Part shown: in pieces, positions 34,317 to 39,727 of the stretch
Position numbering within the stretch: position 1 is the stretch's first letter
How the letters are laid out: each line of letters opens with the position of its first letter
DNA from: Perkinsus chesapeaki ATCC PRA-425
Taxonomy: Eukaryota > Protista > Perkinsozoa
Assembly: GCA_013115145.1 (NCBI GenBank)
Contig: JAAPAO010000322.1
Span: 1-39,727 of the forward strand
Direction: 5' to 3'
Length of the DNA: 39,727 nt
The notes under the pieces: model-generated
What the model saw: the letters and a program-made list of their open reading frames with translations, nothing else
Database searches by the model: none
What the model was told of the DNA's origin: nothing
Translations under genes and position numbers: made by a program

Positions 34317-35888
34317 CTAGATAAAACTTGAAACAAAATCTGAAAGCGATAAGTGAGAGCAATATTAATAATAACATCAAACGGCCAAACTGAGATAGTT
34401 ATATTAATATCAAATAACATTCAAGAATCCATTCGGAAGCGGACGAGGCAAAGAGTAACCGAATTACAGTCAGATATACAACAAAGCCAAGACTTCCACT
34501 CTTACCCCAAATACTAAGGAATTAGACGGTCTCGGACAGTCCCCCCGAATTGAACAATACCACCAACCGCCTAGCCTAGTGTAAACATCAGCATTCAGCA
34601 CAATTGGGGGGTGCTTCAATGCATCATCAATTCCAGGCTAGAGAGGATCCTCAATCACTAGCGTATCTTTCACTGCTGTCGAAAGAGCCAGAACGATCCA
34701 CTTGGCGATGGCGTAATATGATAACGTAATGGGCGCCCGTAATAGCTCTATTCTGGTGACAGCTCGGGGCTGATTTTTAAGTTTGGAAAATCTTTGAGGT
34801 TAACCGTGCATCTGCGATGTTGAAAAGATCTGCTTTCAACGGCTTTTGTGCCGCTAGCTAGACTGAGAATAAAGATATAGTTCCTTGCCAAATCATTTCC
34901 ATTCGATGACCTTACGGATCCTATTGCGCAATTAGAATGCACGAATCCCTGTGACACCATGAACGTCACGAAATAGACAAAAATGTCGAAACGTGCAACA
35001 AGATCTCGGCGGAGCGATGCATCAAATCCCCGGATTTTCCGGAAGATTTTCCCTCGTTACGGAATTGTCTCTTAGTACAAGAGACAATGCGTACAAGACT
35101 TGTACGCAGTCCGTCTCTCACGAGCCTTCATGACTCCACAAATTCTCCGCGCTTGTCTGTCAGTCAAGGGAGAAGTCTTTCAATACTCTATTATTGGCAC
35201 ATCCTGTCTGCCCGGGAATACATTGAACTTGCGCCCTTAAAAACAAACAAAAGGCACACGTGTACTGTATAGTAGCCTACGATTAGTAGGATCCTATCAG
35301 TAACCTTCCTTAGCAGCATTAGTCCTCTACGCCTTGGTGGCATTAGTGCTGCGTTCGAGGCTTGATCATTCTAGTACTCTCCGCAAGTTTGTCCTGCTGA
35401 ATTTGTCCAAGTTAGAGTCCTTAAGAGTCGCTTGTTCATTCAATAGAAGGATGAGCAGCAGCTTCATAATGATTAAAACCTCCTAATGATCGCTCAGACG
35501 TGGCCTTTGGCGTTTGAAAGTATCTTGGTTATACCGTATAGGAAGGCGACTTTTAAGGGCTTTCTCGGACTTGGCAATTACGAGGTATGAGGAATTACAA
35601 AACTCGGTTTGGATAGCATAGGACCTTCAAGTAGCCACGATACTATTTTCTTTCCGAGTCTACCGAAATGACTCTCGATGATTTGCGCAACTGGTCAGCT
35701 TCGTTGTGTCGCTTCCGGACTTCGTTATGATCGAATTGTGTCCAAACCTAGAGGTTGTAAAGGCAAGGTTTTCCTTGGAAAATTCAGGAAATAATCCCCG
35801 GAACTTAGTTCATAGTTTTTCTGTAGTTTCGCTTTTCCAATAAAATGATATCCGCGCTGACATTCGCCGCGATACTCTCCATCATTAA

Positions 35889-36533
35889 GGCCGCAAAAAG
35901 CGGAAAACGAAAGAAACAGGAAAGCTTCACAACTCGGTTAACACACGAACATTTGGGAATCTCGGAGAGCTCCGTCAGATACGGCTTGCTCCGCAATTTC
36001 GTGGCGCGCGTGCCCTTCTGGCTCCTGGACGCCTTCATACTCCTCAGTACAGTGTACCACAGCGCACTGCACGCAACAGCTTGGATTGTGACAGTCATCG
36101 AGTCAGCGAAATCGGTACGGAAATTCTTACGGATGAAGACCCAGTTGAAATGCAGTGGAAGCATTGGCGAACACATCTGCCCTGCGTTATCGAACTACTT
36201 CCTTCGAGTCTCCATCTCGTGATAACAACAGTACCGATGGGAATCGACAATGTGGAAGCCATTGCTGCACATCTAGCTGTCACAACCTTGAGTGAGGATG
36301 ATGCTTTTCCAAAGATCGTTGAGTTCGTCCGTGAGGTCGTGAATGCATACTACAAACGTAGCATTGGCCAGGGAAATGATGAAATTTCACGGATATATAA
36401 CCAAGCACTGAAGAGAATATCTTCCGTAACGATTCGGTGGGAGAATTCTCAAACAAAGCCGAGTGGGGCTGGCATGACTTCTACACGAGGGCTTAGTTTA
36501 CGTGAACAGGAGGTCAGAACGGCCAGACACTAA
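35889..36533 (+). mobile_element. Stop-free ~215-codon frame with a gag-like helical core; probable decayed retroelement remnant
   Basis: Frame open 35889-36533 with no ATG near its start (QWKHWRTHLPCVIELLP..FPKIVEFVREVVNAYY); upstream fragments KYLGYTV and FKGFLGLGNY (~35520-35585, different frames) resemble Ty3/gypsy RT motifs; resemblance only. Confidence 0.3.
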
Positions 36534-38500
36534 GCCGACAAGAATGCTCCTTAAACTCCTCGTATTAGAAGAATAATCGAAGCCGTTTGGTGAGTGGTAT
36601 TATCTTGTAACCGCGGTTATATTAGCACACTCCACTGGGAGACATCGAGGCAGGAATTCAGCTACTCTCACGCACGTGTGTTCGCCGGTGTTCACAGAGT
36701 GTTGCTAATACGGAACAGGTTCCGAGCTATAGGCAATTCGGTAGGAAATAATGTATGTTCCAAGACCAGAGGGAAGCCTCAAAGGCATCCCTTTTGGAAC
36801 ACGCCCATCTATGGCTCCTCATGTGAAGGAACTCGTTCCCCGAAGGACCAACGAAGAGTCTTCCCTCAGCCATATCATCTGTCCTGTTCTGGCTGACCCG
36901 TCCCACATGTACTGCACTTACACTACGACCGCCTCCTTTGCTGGAGTTGCTATTGTGAGCTACACGGTGATCCTTATCGACCTATGCATTATGAAAGATA
37001 CGTTTTACTGCCGCTTTCAAGCTTCACCATCACATTCGTGTCTCTCGGTGTTACCGACGTCACTCACCCCTACGAAGGCCTACTTGAAGGCGCTCTTATC
37101 GCCATATGGCTGCTCGTCAGGGAACAAGCACGCATCATTGCTGGATACTCGACAAGTAGCGATCAATAATCATTATCTCGCGAAATATCCCCCCAGGTTT
37201 TTACACCGCGGCGACGACAGTGCTGTGCGCAAGTGCTGTGAGCCTCTTTTGGGGGTCCGCCGTGTTACACAACGAAGCTCTAATTGGATTGAAAAACTGG
37301 AAGTACGTTTTCGCCTTCATCAACTTCTTCATCGTCTCACCGCTAATACTGCTTAAGACGCCAGTGTTACGCTGCTTGAGAACGCAAGTACCATTGAAAG
37401 CATGATTATTTTTCCGGACTTCATGAAGTGCGTTCGAAGTGCAACCCACGATTGCTGCATCAGAGTCGGGTAATCCGGCATGTTATTAACGAGTGATAGA
37501 TTAATTAAGTTGATTTCTCCTACGAATATTTGGTGGGATTTTATGAGTCCCCTTCTTAATATGTCTGGCAAAGACCCTTGATCTATCAGCACTAGTAGGG
37601 TATCTTTGCCTTCGCGGTTGATCGGCTAACCGCCTGCTCCCAATGCTTCACACAACTATGTCCTAACACACATAGTCTCGTACCAAGACTAGTGCGGTTG
37701 GATCTGAACATTACGCTCGACGTTACTGTGTTGGCAGAGCGCTATTAGAACGCGATTCGCTTGGTTTTCCTGTCATTTGTGATTGCGCTTGTTTCACACA
37801 AGAGAGCAACGATTTCTGCTCTGCTTCAGCTCCACCCTTACTCAGAACACAACTCAGATTGATAAGGAAGAAAGCGGTCGATCAATCGACTTATCATTAC
37901 ACACTCCGTAACTGCAGCTACAACTCGTTACAACGAGACATGGGGTAGGAACAGTTACACACGAAAGAGGTGCGCAGTCGTGGCAATCACCAATGGGCAG
38001 TGAAGTTACCACCCAAATGATCGCCGATGACGCCATCACATTCTAACAAAAGAATTACACAACTAGAGACAAGATGTCCAGTGGTAAAGGAAGCGCAATC
38101 AGCCTACTTTGCCTTTCATAGAGAACAACGATAATCAGACGTAATACATCAAAAGAGAGAAGTACGACCGAATGCAGCAACAATGATAGTAAAAGTGAAT
38201 GATTAACTCTTGCTCCTTATTAGGTAATAATGGATGAATAATATAGTGCATAGTTCCACTGCATCCGCAGTTCTATAACTGTCGCACTAATAATACGAAA
38301 AACATCGTAAATAATAAACCAACAACAATGTCACTTTGTATTTCATAGCCTTTATGATCATGCACTTAAAAAGGCGACCGTTAGGCACTTGTACCGTGCT
38401 ACGATGTCGCTATGTACATTTATCACATAAGCCTTAGGAAGAACTACTAGTTAATACGGTAATAGCAACAACTATTGATGGATCAGCTATCCATTACGAT

Positions 38501-39313
38501 TTAATATCTTCTGTTGTTCCTGTTAGATCTCATACGTCTAACATTACCACCGAAGGGTCTACGCTGGAGGGCCATGGCACCGAAGGTCTCCTTATCGGCC
38601 TCACGAAGCTTCTCACGGCGAGTAGGGTCGAAAGAAGACACAGTGTTCTCCCTACGATCCAAAGCATCACAGGAGATATCATCAAAGAATCCCTTGGTCT
38701 TGTTGTAACCAGTTCTCACAGTGGTACCAGCAGTGCTGATGGCGCTCTCATCAGGCTTCTCGAGCTTCTCAGCAGCAGCGGCAAGATCGAACTCCTCCTT
38801 AACCTCGGCCTTAGCCTCAGGGTTCTCATTGGGAACAAGCTCACCAACAGGGCCAGAGGGACCAGACCTTCTGTTCCTGTTCTGGTGTCTACGATAACCG
38901 TAATTGTAGCCCTTGCCGTAACCCTTGCCGTAGTTGTAGCCCTTACCGTAGCCCTTACCACCATAACGGTTATAACCACGCTGGCGAGGCTGCTGCTGCA
39001 TACCGTTATTGGGAGCAGTCTTCTGCATGCTAACGATTGCGGGGTCAGAGAGAACACCAGACCTCTGGTTGGCGCCTTCCAAGACGGTCAAATCCTTGAT
39101 ATCAGAACCACGGAAAATAATGAAGTCGTAGATCTCATCACTAGCGGGGATATCGGGGGTCTTGCGGCCCTCGGTGCCGTAGGACTTCACGTTCTGGAGG
39201 GCGATGGTGGACTCCTCAGTGTTGATGGTATAGAGGATACCTTCGTAACGAATACCCGCGTTTGACACGAGAGAGATCTTGCTTCCGATATAAGGTAGAG
39301 ATGAACCGCTCAT
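38501..39313 (-). CDS. LSM14: LSM14/Scd6/RAP55 (Trailer hitch, CITH) mRNA-repression factor, single exon, 270 aa
   Basis: N-terminal LSm14 domain [35 protein letters not shown]; FDF-like EEFDL; FFD box [10 protein letters not shown]; TFG box DKETFG. Confidence 0.96.
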   Translation of the reverse strand: MSGSSLPYIGSKISLVSNAGIRYEGILYTINTEESTIALQNVKSYGTEGRKTPDIPASDEIYDFIIFRGSDIKDLTVLEGANQRSGVLSDPAIVSMQKTAPNNGMQQQPRQRGYNRYGGKGYGKGYNYGKGYGKGYNYGYRRHQNRNRRSGPSGPVGELVPNENPEAKAEVKEEFDLAAAAEKLEKPDESAISTAGTTVRTGYNKTKGFFDDISCDALDRRENTVSSFDPTRREKLREADKETFGAMALQRRPFGGNVRRMRSNRNNRRY

Positions 39314-39727
39314 AGTTGTTGGATATACAAGACAACAATAACAACAAGTTGATGCTTATTGATAAAAGCTAGTTGAATCGGAACTTCCGAACGCTTTGTG
39401 TTCTGGCTGTCCCTTTTGCTTCAAATCGATCGCGATGAGAGCAAGATACTGCCGAATTCTTCATCAAGCTTCAGGCCAGAAACTACCACGCTGTTACAAA
39501 TCCTCGATATGTATGATGTCTATGGCCATGTTTAAGAGCTAGTGAGTCGCTAGTAGCGTAAGCAACGATCGATGAACGGGATAAAAATGTGAAAAATGCA
39601 ACGTTTCTTAGCGGAGCGATGTGTATGTTCTCGGGGGCGCTCCGAACGAAACCATGTCACGTCACCGTGAAGATGCATGAAGATTTCTTGAAGATTGCAT
39701 GAAGAATGCAGGATGACAAACGGTTTC

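Noticed and set aside
36751-37405. 201-aa ORF and hydrophobic fragments in other plus frames, suggesting a membrane protein
   Set aside because: No consistent frame or splice model and no family motif
39655-39712. Short imperfect tgaaga repeats at the right edge
   Set aside because: Low complexity and close to the window end; no structure can be supported

Overview
Eukaryotic, intron-rich genomic DNA. The gene content and the short GT-AG introns suggest an alveolate, most plausibly Perkinsus; this is inferred, not verified. The ORF track misses most genes because they are spliced. Hand splicing gives: an intronless pepsin-like aspartic protease (+); then a run of minus-strand genes comprising a CfaD/26-29 kDa-type papain-family cysteine protease with a C-terminal hydrophobic tail, a TMEM184/OST-alpha transporter carrying an antisense tRNA-Ala(TGC) in one intron, a Sep15/SELENOF-like protein whose CxU motif is replaced by TPD, an ~8 kb glutamate-cysteine ligase (GCL) gene with altered substrate-pocket motifs and a 375-codon orphan ORF nested in a 1.87 kb intron, a multi-exon orphan gene whose introns hold minisatellites, a PUF/Pumilio protein with only 7 repeats, and an intronless LSM14/Scd6. 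There are also several partial tRNA relics (one makes up most of a 46-nt intron), four tandem arrays, two assembly gaps and a set of palindromes with a single central base. No CRISPR array, rRNA or intact transposase/RT gene was found. Internal exon boundaries are hand predictions.
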